NCBI GenBank assembly: GCA_963707305.1
Contig: CAVPPZ010000012.1
Coordinates: 378,370-442,369 of the forward strand
Length of the DNA stretch: 64,000 nucleotides
Source: an uncultured Candidatus Rokubacteria bacterium
Lineage (GTDB): Bacteria; Methylomirabilota; Methylomirabilia; Rokubacteriales; CSP1-6
Direction: 5' to 3'
In this document: in pieces, positions 40,840 to 55,116 of the stretch
Layout of the letters: each line of letters opens with the position of its first letter
Numbering within the stretch: position 1 is the stretch's first letter
Program-made: the position numbers and the translations under genes
Notes under the pieces: generated by a model
What the model saw: the letters and a program-made list of their open reading frames with translations, nothing else
Databases searched by the model: none
Told to the model about the DNA's origin: nothing

Positions 40840-42058
40840 CTATCTCCTCATGATGAGCGAGCTGCCGGTGGCAGGCATCGCCCAGCCCAGGTTCATCGTG
40901 ATCTCGGCATCCTTCACCTGGCGGCACTTGCCGGGCGAGTAGTCGTAGGTGTGCTTGCCCTCGGCGGCGCCGGGGCAGTAGTCGTCGACGGTGCCGCGCA
41001 GCTGGCGCACGTTCTCGACGACCATCGCCATGCCGTGCGTGTAGCCCTCGCAGAGGTGGCCGCCCGAGGTGTTGTTCGGCCGCTTGCCGCCGAGCTCGAT
41101 GATCCCGCTCGACACGTAGTGGCCGCCCTCGCCCTTCTTGCAGAAGCCGTACTCTTCGAGCTGCAGCATCGTCGTGAACGTGAAGGCGTCGTACGAGCCG
41201 GTGACGTGGACGTCCTCGGGCGTGATGCCGGCCTGGCCGAACACGATGTCCTTCGCGTAGTAGCCCGGCCACGCGCGAGATCGGGCCGTGCGCCCAGTGG
41301 AAGTCGACGCGCGGTTTGCTGACGCGTCCCGCCACGCCCATGATGTACGCGGGCCGCTGCTGCAGGTCCCGCGCGCGCTCCGCGGACGTCACGATCACGC
41401 AGGTCGCGTTGTCGGTCTCGAGGCAGCAGTCGAGCAGGTGCAGCGGCTCGCAGATCCAGCGGGAGTTGACGACGTCCTGCACCGTCACGCGCTTCTTCTC
41501 GAACGCCTTCGGGTTGTTCGAGGCGTGCTTGCTGTGCGCCTGCTTCACGTGCGCGACCTGCTCGGAGGTCGTGCCGTAGTCGTACATGTGGCGCATGAAC
41601 GTCAGCGCGAAGTTCTGGCCGGCGCTGCGCATGCCGAACGGCACCTGCGCGAGGTCCGCCGCGCGCACGGGCGCCGCCGAGCGCGCGCCGGTGCCGCCGA
41701 TGCGGAACTCGGTGTAGCCGTTCATCGAGCGGAACAGCGCCACCGTCTTGCACATGCCCGCTTCGATGGCGCCCATCGCGAGGCCGATGAGCGCCTCGGT
41801 GGACGAGCCGCCGCCGACCACGTCCATGTAGAAGTTCAGGCGGATGCCGAGGTCCGGGCGCCACGAACGGCGCGAACGTGGAGTCGCCGTTCTGGTAGCT
41901 CATCATGCCGTCGACGTCCGAGGCTTTGAGCCCGGCGTCGAGGATCGGCCTTGCGGACGGCCTCCACGGCCATCGCGCGGGTGGTGCGCCCCGAGTTCTT
42001 GCGAGAACTCCGTCTCGCCGACGCCGACGATGCAGTACTTGTCCTTGAGGTTGGCCAT
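40840..42058 (-). CDS. thiolase-like lipid-transfer protein (SCP-x type), frame broken at least four times
   Basis: MANLKDKYCIVGVGETEFS / KNSGRTTRAMAVEAVRKA / ILDAGLKASDVDGMMSYQ.. / ..VGGGSSTEALIGLAMGAIEAGMC.. / ..NTSGGHLCEGYTHGMAMVVENVRQLRG. Breaks ~41998, ~41945, ~41860, ~41280. Confidence 0.7.
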
Positions 42059-42102
42059 GCGGGAGGTTATACCGCGGAAACGGCGTCGCGTCCGGCCCAC
42101 TC

Positions 42103-42800
42103 CTAGATACCGAGCAGGGTCCCGGTCACGTGGGCCGAGCGCTCGGAGGCCAGGTGCGCGATCGCGTCGGCGACCGCGGTGACCGGCACCCACGTCTTCG
42201 GATCGGCGTCGGGCATCGCCGCGCGGTTGGCCGGCGTGTCCATCGTGCTCGGGAGGACGGCGTTGACCGTGACGCCGCGCCCGCGCGTCTCCGCCGACAG
42301 CGCCTGGACGAACGCGATCACGGCCGCCTTCGAGACCGTGTAGGCGATCATGCCGCCCGTCGGCGGCACCACCGCGCGCGAGGCGATGGCGACGATGCGC
42401 CCGGATCCCTGCGCCAGCATGCGCGGCAGCGACGGCGCGGGCGGCGACGTACTGCGTGGTGAGGTTCAGCGTGAGCATCGCGTCCCACTGCGCGCGGTCG
42501 GTGTGGACGAGGTCGCCCATCGCGAAGCCGCCGACGGCGCCGACGAGGACGTCGACGCGGCCGTGCGCCGCCGCGATGCCGGCGACGAACCGCTCCATCG
42601 CGGCGTCGTCACTCACGTCGCAGCGTTCGAGGTGCAGGCGTCGCCGCGTCGCGGCGTCTACTGAGCGCTTCGAGCCGTTCGCGCTCGCGGTCCACGACCC
42701 AGGGCACGGCCACGAGCGCGTCCTCGTCGAGGAAGCGCTGCGTGATCGCCTGTCCAAGAGCGCCGCTCCCACCCGTGACGATGACGACCCGCGAGGCCAT
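42103..42800 (-). CDS. SDR family oxidoreductase, frame broken twice
   Basis: VVIVTGGSGALGQAI..; ..YTVSKAAVIAFVQAL.. (Y-x3-K). Breaks ~42665 and ~42440. Confidence 0.75.
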
Positions 42801-42863
42801 GGCCGAGTTATACCGTATCGCCGCGTACAATGGGGCGATCCATCACCGGCTGAGGTGACTCGC

Positions 42864-43670
42864 ATGTTCAAGGCGCTGACGTTCCTTCTGCTGTTCGGCC
42901 TGCCCGGCTTCGCCGCCGCGGCCGAGCTGCCGATCTTCGACGCCCACGTCCACTACAGCCACGACGCGTGGACGGTGGTGCCACCGAAGGAGGCCGTCGC
43001 CCTCCTGAGGAAGGCCGGTGTGAAGCGCGCGCTCGTCTCCAGCTCGGACGACGAAGGGACGCAGAAGCTGATCGCGGAAGCGCCCGACATCATCATTCCG
43101 GAGCTCCGCCCGTATCGCCGGCGCGGCGACGTCAGCACGTGGACGAAGGACGAGGACGTGCTGCGCTACGTCGAGGAGCGGCTCAAGAAGCACACGTACG
43201 TCGCGATCGGCGAGTTCCACCTGTACGGCGCCGACGCCGACCTGCCGATCCCGCGCCGCATCGTGCAGCTCGCGAAGCAGTACGGGCTGCTTCTCCATGC
43301 GCACTCCGACGCGGACGCGGTCGATCGCATCTTCCAGCAGGACCCGAGCGCGCGGGTGCTGTGGGCGCACTCGGGCTTCGAGAGCCCCGGGAAGGTTCGG
43401 GACATGCTGCGCAAGCACAAGAACCTCTGGGCCGACCTCGCGTTTCGCAGCGACCAGGGCTCGGGAGGCAAGGTGCCGCCCGAGTGGCGCGAGGTCTTCA
43501 CGGAGTTCCCCGACCGCTTCATGGTGGGCACCGATACCTTCGCGCCGGAGCGGTGGCACTACGTCGTCGATCACGCCACGTTCTCGCGCGAGTGGCTCGC
43601 CGACCTGCCGCGGGACCTGGCCGAGCGCATCGCCTGGAAGAACGGCGAGGCCGTCTTCGGACGCAAGTGA
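42864..43670 (+). CDS. exported amidohydrolase-family (TIM-barrel metal hydrolase) protein
   Basis: Signal peptide MFKALTFLLLFGLPGFAAA; IFDAHVHY..; ..HAHSDAD..; ..WAHSG..; ..VGTDTF. Confidence 0.7.
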   Translation: MFKALTFLLLFGLPGFAAAAELPIFDAHVHYSHDAWTVVPPKEAVALLRKAGVKRALVSSSDDEGTQKLIAEAPDIIIPELRPYRRRGDVSTWTKDEDVLRYVEERLKKHTYVAIGEFHLYGADADLPIPRRIVQLAKQYGLLLHAHSDADAVDRIFQQDPSARVLWAHSGFESPGKVRDMLRKHKNLWADLAFRSDQGSGGKVPPEWREVFTEFPDRFMVGTDTFAPERWHYVVDHATFSREWLADLPRDLAERIAWKNGEAVFGRK

Positions 43671-44068
43671 GGGCGGCGCTCGGCGCGCTCCTCGTCGCCG
43701 GCGCCGTCGCCGGCGGCGCGAGGCGTGCGAGGTGCCGGCCGGTTTCACGCCGCTCGGACGCGTGGAGGCGCCGGGGGTCGTGGTCGTCTTCCGGACGTTG
43801 CCGCCGACGATCGAGATCGGCCGTCACTTCGCGGTGGACACGCTCGTGTGCGGCGACGGCGCCGCGCCGGTCCTCACGCGCGTGGACGCGACGATGCCGG
43901 AGCACCGTCACGGCATGAACTACCGGCCCACGCTCGCGGCCAAGGGCGGCGGCCGCTACGTCGCCGAGGGCCTGCATGTTCCACATGCCGGGCCGCTGGG
44001 AGCTGTCGTTCGACGTCGAGAGCGGCGGACGCCGGACACGGCTCGCGACGGACGTGGTCATCGAATGA
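43667..44068 (+). CDS. small periplasmic protein (YtkA/FixH-like fold suspected), frame broken twice
   Basis: GTGA overlap with the upstream stop; signal-like VRAALGALLVAGAVAGGA; ..VDATMPEHRHGMNYRP..GRYVAEGL / MFHMPGRWELSFDV. Breaks ~43720 and ~43975. Confidence 0.45.
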
Positions 44069-45256
44069 CGAGGGCTTGAAGGCTGCTGCTGATCGTCGCG
44101 CTCGTCGTCGCTCCTCGCGACGCCCGCGCACGCGGCAGCGCTCCTCGACCTCGACGACACCGAGGTCCGGCGTCTCCTGGCGCACGGGCCGTGGCCGGCG
44201 GCGGCGACGCGCGATCCGAGCAACGCGGTGTCGGGGCATTCGGCTGCCGTCGCGCTCGGCCAGCGCCTCTTCTTCGATCCACGGCTCTCCGGCAACGGCC
44301 GCGTCGCGTGCGCGACGTGCCACGTTCCCGCGCGCGGCTGGACCGATGGCCGCGCGCGCGCGCAGGGCCTCGCCGACGTCGATCGCAACACGCCGACGGT
44401 GCTCGACGTCGCGCTGCATCGCTGGTTCTCGTGGGACGGCCGCGCCGACAGCCTGTGGTCGCAGAGTCTCAAGCCGATCGTCGATCCGCGCGAGATGGGC
44501 GCGTCGGCGGCGCACGTCGCCCAGCTCTTGCGCGGGGACGCGACGCTCGCGTGCCTCCACGCGAAGGCGTTCGGCGCGCCGGTCCCCGCGCGAGCCCGAG
44601 CGGGCGCTCGTGCACACGGGCAAGGCGCTGGCCGCCTTCGCGGAAACCGTCCGCTCGGGACGCACGCCGTTCGACGACTTCCGGGACGCGCTCGCGCGCG
44701 GTGATGCCGCGGCCGCCGCTCGCTACCCGGCGGCTGCGCGTCGCGGCGCGCGGCTCTTCGTGAAGAGCCAGTGCAACGTCTGCCACGTCGGCCCGGCGTT
44801 CACCAACGGCGAGTTCCACGACGTCGGCGTGCCGTACGCGTTGCCCGGCGGCCGCGTGGACGCGGGACGCTCGGGGGGATCAAGCAGCTGCGGGCCGACC
44901 CCTTCAACCTGCTGAGCGCCTGGAGCGACGACCGCAGCGGAACGGCGGCGGTGAAGACGCGTCACGTCGAGGCGAACCACGCGAGCTTCGGCCAGTTCAA
45001 GACGCCGTCGCTCCGGAACCTCGGCCACACCGCGCCGTACATGCACGACGGACGCTACGCGACGCTGCGCGAGGTCGTCCGGCACTACTCCGAGCTGGAC
45101 ATGGAGCGGATCCACACGCACGGCGAGCAGCTCTTGCGGCCGTTGAAGCTCTCGGCGTCGGAGACGGACGACCTCGTGGCGTTCCTGGAGTCGCTCACCG
45201 ATCCGAGTGCTGCGCGCGCGCCATCGCCACCCGCCGCAGTGGCCGGCTGCCCGTAG
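44065..45256 (+). CDS. di-haem cytochrome c peroxidase (CCP/MauG family), frame broken about four times
   Basis: Haem sites CATCH and CNVCH; ..NTPTVLDVA..WDGRADSLW.., ..FKTPSLRNLGHTAPYMHDGRYATLREVVRHY. Breaks ~44075, ~44125, ~44590, ~44870. Confidence 0.8.
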
Positions 45257-45262
45257 CCCGTC

Positions 45263-45820
45263 TTAGTTATTGCAGCGCACCGGGTACGTCAGGATGAGGC
45301 GGTCCGTCGCGTAGGCTTGCTTTGGGTCGAAGCAGCCTCGAGTAAAGGGAAGCGGATCTACCTTTCTCCCGTGCACCCGAAGCTCCCAGTGGACGTGCTC
45401 GTACCCGGTCGTCTGAATGGGGGGGCGGGTCCAGCCGGTTGTCCCGATATAGCCAACGGTCTGTCCACGCTTGACCGTCTCGCCAGTCCTGACCGCCTGC
45501 TCTCTCAGATGACAGTACCGTGTCTTCGGTTCGTAACGGAAGCCTTCCATCTCCACTGTTTGGTCATGAGCCACCGCGACATACTTGCCGCACGATACGC
45601 CGCCCTCTTCTCCGACGTCTTCCACGCGACCATCGGCCGATGCGAGGACAGGGTCGCCAGGATTGCCCCAGACGTCCACGCCACCGTGGGGGCCGGTTCG
45701 AGATTTACCCTCACCGTCACGAAGGTCGCCAAAGCCCGAAATCACACGTGCACCTGACGCGCATCCCGATAGCAGCAAGGCAACGAGGAGCGACGTGGTT
45801 CTGCGGTCGACGCGGATCAC
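45263..45820 (-). CDS. M23-family peptidase lipoprotein
   Basis: Lipobox LLLSGC; HGGVDVWG.., ..YCHL.., ..HVHWEL (M23 H-x3-D and H-x-H pattern). Intact ORF in a noticeably lower-GC stretch. Confidence 0.75.
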   Translation of the reverse strand: MIRVDRRTTSLLVALLLSGCASGARVISGFGDLRDGEGKSRTGPHGGVDVWGNPGDPVLASADGRVEDVGEEGGVSCGKYVAVAHDQTVEMEGFRYEPKTRYCHLREQAVRTGETVKRGQTVGYIGTTGWTRPPIQTTGYEHVHWELRVHGRKVDPLPFTRGCFDPKQAYATDRLILTYPVRCNN

Positions 45821-45841
45821 TGTTTGCCGCCGAGCAGGCGA

Positions 45842-46721
45842 CTACGCCGGTCCCACGAAGCCGATGTACGCGCCGCAGGCGTGCGGCGGCGTCGACCAGC
45901 ATCGCCTGCTCGCCGGTGTTGCGGACGCCGCGCGCCGGCGGCGGCATGCCGTGGTCGGTCATCCACTTCGCGGCGGCGTCCATGCCGCTCGTGCGGTACA
46001 GCACCTGGAAGGGGCCGGGGCCGCGCCGGGCGAGCGCCTCGGCGGCGGGACCGGGCTCGGCCGGCTGCGCGATCGTCAGCTCCGGTCGGGCCGAGGTCGA
46101 ACACCGCCATGTCGGCCTTGATCACGGCGCCGCGCTGCATCTTCGGCACGGGCATCGCCGAGCACCGTGGCTGTAGGTCTTCGCGCTCGCGTTCACGTCG
46201 GTCACGGTGATGTAGACGCGGTCGACGCGGAGGGCGCCGTTCGGATGCTCTCCGGCTGCGGCGCCGCGCCGCTCGGCCAGCGGCGTGAGGTGCTGGATGA
46301 AGAAGATCGGCAGCGCGTTGCGCGGGCCGAGCGTCGCGCTCGTCCACCGGAGCTCCTGGCCGCTCGGCGTGCGCCGTCCGCCCGCGACGGGATCGCTGAC
46401 GTCGACGCCGCGCGCCGCGCATGGCGGCAACGTCGGCCGCCAGGTCGTCGCTCTGCACGGCGACGAAGCGGAACCCGCCGCCTTTCGCGAGGAAGTCCAG
46501 GAGGCCGCCGCCGCGCGCCCGCGGCCTTCCGATACTCGTCGGCGTCGCGCACGCTCATCAGCTCGATGTAGTCCTCATCGAGGAACGCGATGGCGTTGTG
46601 CGTCCCGCGGCCCGGGATGGACACCGCCCGGCCGCACGTCGAAGCCCATGCGCGTGTAGGTGTCGACGGCCTGCTCCAGGTCCGGCACGCAGATCATCAC
46701 GTGATCGATGCGGGTCAGCAT
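45842..46721 (-). CDS. two-domain VOC (glyoxalase/bleomycin-resistance fold) protein, frame broken repeatedly
   Basis: MLTRIDHVMICVPDLEQAVDTYTRMGF..GTHNAIAFLDEDYIELMSV..; later ..LPIFFIQH.. and ..VDRVYITVTDV... Breaks ~46520, ~46440, ~46150, ~45870. Confidence 0.6.
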
Positions 46722-46733
46722 GGCTCGCTCCGT

Positions 46734-47378
46734 TCAGCGCTGGCGGGGCGCGACCGGCATCCCGGCCGGCATCTCCATCTTCTTGTAGTCCGCGGGCGGC
46801 GTGAAGAGCGCCGCGTCGAGCCGCTTCGGCTCGATCTTCGTCACTTCCATCATGGTGCCGGTGCCGGCCTTCGACACCTTCAGCGGGAAGCCGCGCTGCT
46901 CGCGGAAGACGCCGGTCCACGAGGCCTCGCGACCCGGGGCACCCATCGCGAACGCGCCGAGCCCGGTGGCAACGCACGCGTCCACGTCGCCGGTCGCGTC
47001 CTTGACCAGCCAGTGCTCGCACTCGTAGCCCGCGATCTTTTCCTTCCGGCCGGTCCGCACCACTTCCGGCGCGGGCCGCTGCGTCTCGGTGCCAGCGCCC
47101 TGGACCATCGGCATCACCATGTACATGCGGCGCTGCGGCATGAGCATGTAGCTGGTCTTCGCCGTGGGATCGACGATCATCACGGCCGCGGCGTCGCCAC
47201 GGTTCATCTCCATCCGCATCACGCCCTGGCGGAGCAGGTACTGGACTTCCATCGGCTCGCGGCCGCCGTCGGGCATGAGCTTCGCGCTGACGGCGCCTTC
47301 GAACGTCTGCGCGGCGGCCGGCGTGACGGCCGCCCCGGCCACGAGCAGGAGGGCGACGACGATGAGCCCGCGCCGCAT
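46734..47378 (-). CDS. DUF4412 family exported protein
   Basis: Signal peptide MRRGLIVVALLLVAGAAVTPAAA; Met-rich beta-type sequence; ..KIAGYECEHW... Confidence 0.55.
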   Translation of the reverse strand: MRRGLIVVALLLVAGAAVTPAAAQTFEGAVSAKLMPDGGREPMEVQYLLRQGVMRMEMNRGDAAAVMIVDPTAKTSYMLMPQRRMYMVMPMVQGAGTETQRPAPEVVRTGRKEKIAGYECEHWLVKDATGDVDACVATGLGAFAMGAPGREASWTGVFREQRGFPLKVSKAGTGTMMEVTKIEPKRLDAALFTPPADYKKMEMPAGMPVAPRQR

Positions 47379-48857
47379 CAGCGGGCCGCCTGCGCGGCCG
47401 AGCGGCCGGCGATCCGGCCGAACACCGAGCCGGCCATGAGCCCCGCGCCGCCCGGGTAGTTGTTGTAGAAGAGCCCGCCCACCAGCTCGCCCGCGGCATA
47501 CAGGCCCGCGATCGCGCGCCCTTCGTTGTCGAGCACGGCGCCGGCCTCGGTGATGTGCAGGCCGCCGAACGTGAACGTGATGCCGGTCGTCACCGCGAAG
47601 CCGTAGTAGGGCGGTGTGTCGAGCGGGTTCGCCCAGTTCGACTTCGGCAGCCCGAGCCCGCGGGTGCCGCGGCCGTCCTTCACCGCGGGGTTGAACTTCG
47701 TCTCCCGCATGCACCGAGGCGTTGAAGTCGTTCACGGTCTTCACGAAGCCCGCCACGTCGATCTCCAGCTTGGTGGCGAGCTCCTCGATCGTGTTCGCCT
47801 CCGCCTTCGTCACCTCGCGGATGCGGTACTCCTCGCGGCACAGCTCGATGACCTTCTGGTCGAAGATCTGGAACGCGGCGCGGCGGGGCTGCTTGATGAC
47901 CTCGCGGCCGTACTTCACGTAGGTGTAGTTGCGCATGTCGGCGCCTTCGTCCACGAAGCGCTCGCCGTTCACGTTGACGATGATGCCGAGCGGATAGCTG
48001 TGCTTCTGGAAGTTGTCGCCGACCTTCCGGTCGCCGTGCCAGGGCGCGTTGTAGTCCCACTGCACGGCGTGGCAGCCGCTCCAGTGGCCCCACGGCTGCG
48101 CGCCGACCTCGAGCGCCATGCGGATGCCGTCGCCGGTGTTGTAGGGCGTGCCGCGCACGCGCGCGAGGTCCCAGTTGGGGCCCAGGTAGCGCGTGCGCAT
48201 CTCGATGTTCGCCTCGAAGCCGCCCGACGCGAGCACGACGGCCTTCGCCTCGATGGTCTCGACGGTGCCGTCCGCCTTGCGGATCTCCACGCCGGTCACC
48301 CGGTTGCGCGCGTCGGTGACGAGGCGCTGCGCCTTCGCCTCGAAGCGCACGTCGATGCCGACCTTCTTCGCGGACTCGTACTCCATGTCGATGAGCCCCG
48401 GTCCGCCGCCCACGGCTTCGAGGATGAGGTTGCCGAAGAACGTGAACTTGCCGCCGACCTTGTACGCCTGGCGGCCGAACATCGGGATCCAGCGGATGCC
48501 CTGCGCCTTCATCCACTTCATCGTGGGCTGCGACTCGCGCACGAGCGTGAGCGCGAGGTCGGCGTCCGACAGGTCCTCGGTGACGCGCATCAGGTCGTCG
48601 TAGTAGGCGTCCTCGGTGTAGAGCGGGATGTCCATCGACGCCCGCTCTTCGTCGGAGAGGTCACCCACGAGGTCGCAGACCTCTTCGAAGCTCTTGAAGG
48701 CGAAGCGGAAGCCGCCCGCGGTGAAGAAGCCGTTGCCGCCGCGCCACGCCTCCGGGGCCTTCTCCAGCACCAGCACGCGCGCACCCTGCTCGCGCGCGGA
48801 GAGGGCCGCGCACATCGCCGCGTTGCCACCACCCACCACTACGACGTCGTAAGCCAT
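47378..48857 (-). CDS. FAD-binding dehydrogenase (TcuA / fumarate-reductase flavoprotein-like), one frame break
   Basis: Dinucleotide fold YDVVVVGGGNAAMCAAL; C-terminal ..GLYAAGELVGGLFYNNYPGGAGL. Break ~47715. Confidence 0.8.
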
Positions 48858-48877
48858 TGGCCTCTCCTCGATTGAAC

Positions 48878-48902
48878 TTGGGGGGCTCCGGGCGCCCCCC
48901 AA
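48878..48902 (-). terminator. G/C-run hairpin downstream of the uvrA stop (no U-tract)
   Basis: ttggggggc / tccgggc / gccccccaa, 9-bp stem, 17 nt from the stop at 48919. Confidence 0.4.
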
Positions 48903-48918
48903 GCCCCCCAACATCGAT

Positions 48919-51693
<2,775 letters not shown>

Positions 51694-51732
51694 GAACGAC
51701 CCATGTTAACCGAGTGTTATCATTGACGCCAC

Positions 51733-53107
<1,375 letters not shown>

Positions 53108-53223
53108 GCAATTTGTCCTGAGTCCTGGGAGATCCTCCCTGCGACAGGGACGTCCTCCCATTGACCCGGTCGTTGCGATTCCTTCAACCCAAGCAAATCC
53201 TTCCGCTTACAGCCCACGGCGCG

Positions 53224-53238
53224 TGGCACCTACGTTGC
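53224..53238 (+). promoter_or_regulatory. sigma-54 (-24/-12) promoter TGGCAC-N5-TTGC
   Basis: tggcac ctacg ttgc, exact match to the consensus core, 18 nt before GGAAGGA-N6-ATG (53256) and 117 nt after the NtrC-type gene. Confidence 0.7.
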
Positions 53239-53255
53239 CCCTTGGAAGGAGCGCA

Positions 53256-53660
53256 ATGAATAACCCTCTGTCCGGGCCCCTGCGCGACCTCGACACCCCG
53301 AAGAAGAACCTCCGTAGCCGGCCGTCTCCGATCGTGTTGTGGCGGCCCGAGATCGTCCTCCCCGAACGCCCCATCGCCCACCGTCCGATCGTCATCCTGG
53401 GAGAGCCAACGCTCCGCCCCGAGGCGACGCGCGCGCAGCTCGACAGCACCCGCACGGCGCTCGACGCGCTGGCCGAAAAGCGTGAAGCGCTGAGCACGCG
53501 TGTGGCATTCGCCGAAGCGCGCGTGCGCGGCGCGGCCACGGAGCAAGAGCGGGTGACGGCCATGTTCGAGACGTACCGAGTGGAGTCGGCGCTCGACGAC
53601 GTGCTCACCGGAACCATGAGGGAGTTGACCTCGCTTATGAAAGCTCGGGGACTGCGATGA
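53256..53660 (+). CDS. hypothetical protein (Pro-rich N-terminus, coiled-coil-like C-terminus)
   Basis: ATG with GGAAGGA RBS just downstream of the sigma-54 promoter. The GTG at 53223 would place the promoter inside the gene. Confidence 0.45.
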   Translation: MNNPLSGPLRDLDTPKKNLRSRPSPIVLWRPEIVLPERPIAHRPIVILGEPTLRPEATRAQLDSTRTALDALAEKREALSTRVAFAEARVRGAATEQERVTAMFETYRVESALDDVLTGTMRELTSLMKARGLR

Positions 53661-54115
53661 ACGTGTATTACCTGCCGACCCGCGGGCAGACCATGAACGA
53701 GACGCCGGAGTTCCCGGCGGCGTCGCCCTGGTCGGTGCTGCGGGCGCGCACGTATCGCGCCTGGTGGCGGCTACGGCTCACGGTCAGCGAGGTCTGTGCG
53801 GTGATCCGCCGGGGCGGCGCGCGCAATCCGTTCGAGGATCACATCTGGTTCGCCGCGGAGCCGCCGGCGCCGCGCCGCCGCGCGCTCGGCCCGGCGCGCA
53901 TCATCGATCTCGACGCGGCTCGATCGCGGCGTGATATCGGGGGGCCCGAGACGGGCCCCCCAGCCCCCGCTCCGCGGCGCGGCAACGCCGTGCCGCTGCG
54001 CGACTGCCGATACGCACAGCGGTCGTGCCCACCACCGGCGCGGGCGGGCGAAGCCCGGGAGCCCGCGCCTTCAATTGACAGACTCGACGCGGCGCGACTA
54101 GAATCGCCGCCGTGA
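53657..54115 (+). CDS. hypothetical protein (3' part may be non-coding)
   Basis: ATGA overlap with the preceding ORF. The last ~40 nt contain the promoter of the next operon. No recognisable domain. Confidence 0.3.
   Translation: MNVYYLPTRGQTMNETPEFPAASPWSVLRARTYRAWWRLRLTVSEVCAVIRRGGARNPFEDHIWFAAEPPAPRRRALGPARIIDLDAARSRRDIGGPETGPPAPAPRRGNAVPLRDCRYAQRSCPPPARAGEAREPAPSIDRLDAARLESPP
54075..54104 (+). promoter_or_regulatory. sigma-70-like promoter TTGACA-18 nt-TAGAAT for the Fur-family/rubrerythrin operon
   Basis: Perfect -35 at 54075-54080 and -10 at 54099-54104, ~27 nt upstream of the ATG at 54131. Confidence 0.55.
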
Positions 54116-54130
54116 TCGGGTTTGTTGAGA

Positions 54131-54580
54131 ATGATTCCTAAGAAGCTCGCGCCCGCGGAGACGCTGCGCGCGCGCGGGCTGCGGCTCACCGAGCCGCGCC
54201 GGGTCATCCTCGAGGCGGTGCGCGCCACCGACGCGCACCCTTCGGCGTTCATGGTCTACCGTCGCGTGCGCCGCCGGCTCCCGCGCGTCAGCCTCGCCAC
54301 CGTCTACCGCAACCTCCGCCGGCTCGCCGCGGAGGGCTTCCTGCACGAGCGCAGCGGCGCCGACGGATTGCGGTTCGACGGCAACACCGGCCGCCACGAC
54401 CACTTCACGTGTCTGGCCTGCCGGCGCATCTTCGACGTGCCCCCCGCGAGCCACGCGGGCGCGCGGCGGCGCGTCGCGGCGCGCACGGGCTTCGAGGTGC
54501 TCGATCACCGCGTCGAATTCTATGGCGTCTGCGCCGCGTGTCGCGGCCGCCGGATCCGTCGCGCCCCACGAACAGTCTGA
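54131..54580 (+). CDS. Fur-family transcriptional regulator (PerR-like by context)
   Basis: ..[14 protein letters not shown].., ..[14 protein letters not shown].., C-terminal CAAC. A TTG alternative start lies at 54122. Confidence 0.8.
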   Translation: MIPKKLAPAETLRARGLRLTEPRRVILEAVRATDAHPSAFMVYRRVRRRLPRVSLATVYRNLRRLAAEGFLHERSGADGLRFDGNTGRHDHFTCLACRRIFDVPPASHAGARRRVAARTGFEVLDHRVEFYGVCAACRGRRIRRAPRTV

Positions 54581-54595
54581 GAAGGAGGAGAGCAC

Positions 54596-55045
54596 ATGGC
54601 AGGGAAGAGCCTCAAGGGCACGAAGAGCCTCGACAACCTCAAGGATGCCTTCGCGGGCGAGTCGCAGGCGAACCGGCGCTATCTCTATTTCGCGCGGATC
54701 GCGGACATCGAGGGCTTCCCGGACATCGCGGGCCTCTTCAAGGACACCGCGGACGCGGAGACGGGCCACGCGTTCGGCCACCTCGACTTCCTGAAGCAGA
54801 TCGGCGACCCGGCGACGGGCGAGGCGATCGGCAAGACCGAGCTGAACCTCAAGGCCGCCGTGGCCGGCGAGACGTACGAGTACACCCAGATGTACCCGGG
54901 CATGGCGAAGACGGCGCGGGAGGAAGGCTTCCCGGAGCTCGCCGAGTGGTTCGAGACGCTCGCCAAGGCGGAGAAGTCGCACGCCGGCCGCTTCAACAAG
55001 GGCCTCACGCAGGTCGCGGGCAAGGAGCCGGCCGAAGCGATCTGA
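54596..55045 (+). CDS. rubrerythrin-family diiron protein without a rubredoxin domain
   Basis: [16 protein letters not shown].., ..ETGHAFGH.., ..AVAGETYEY.., ..[12 protein letters not shown] (E and E-x-x-H ligand pattern); GGAGGAG RBS. Confidence 0.85.
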   Translation: MAGKSLKGTKSLDNLKDAFAGESQANRRYLYFARIADIEGFPDIAGLFKDTADAETGHAFGHLDFLKQIGDPATGEAIGKTELNLKAAVAGETYEYTQMYPGMAKTAREEGFPELAEWFETLAKAEKSHAGRFNKGLTQVAGKEPAEAI

Positions 55046-55116
55046 TCGCAGCAGACAAGGTCGAGCCGTGATGGGGCCGGACGGGCGAGACCGTCCGGCC
55101 CCTCACCGGTGAGTCC

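Noticed and set aside
53223-53255. GTG at 53223 as the start of the first small ORF
   Set aside because: The sigma-54 -24/-12 element occupies 53224-53238, so the transcript would begin downstream of this codon. The ATG at 53256 has an RBS.
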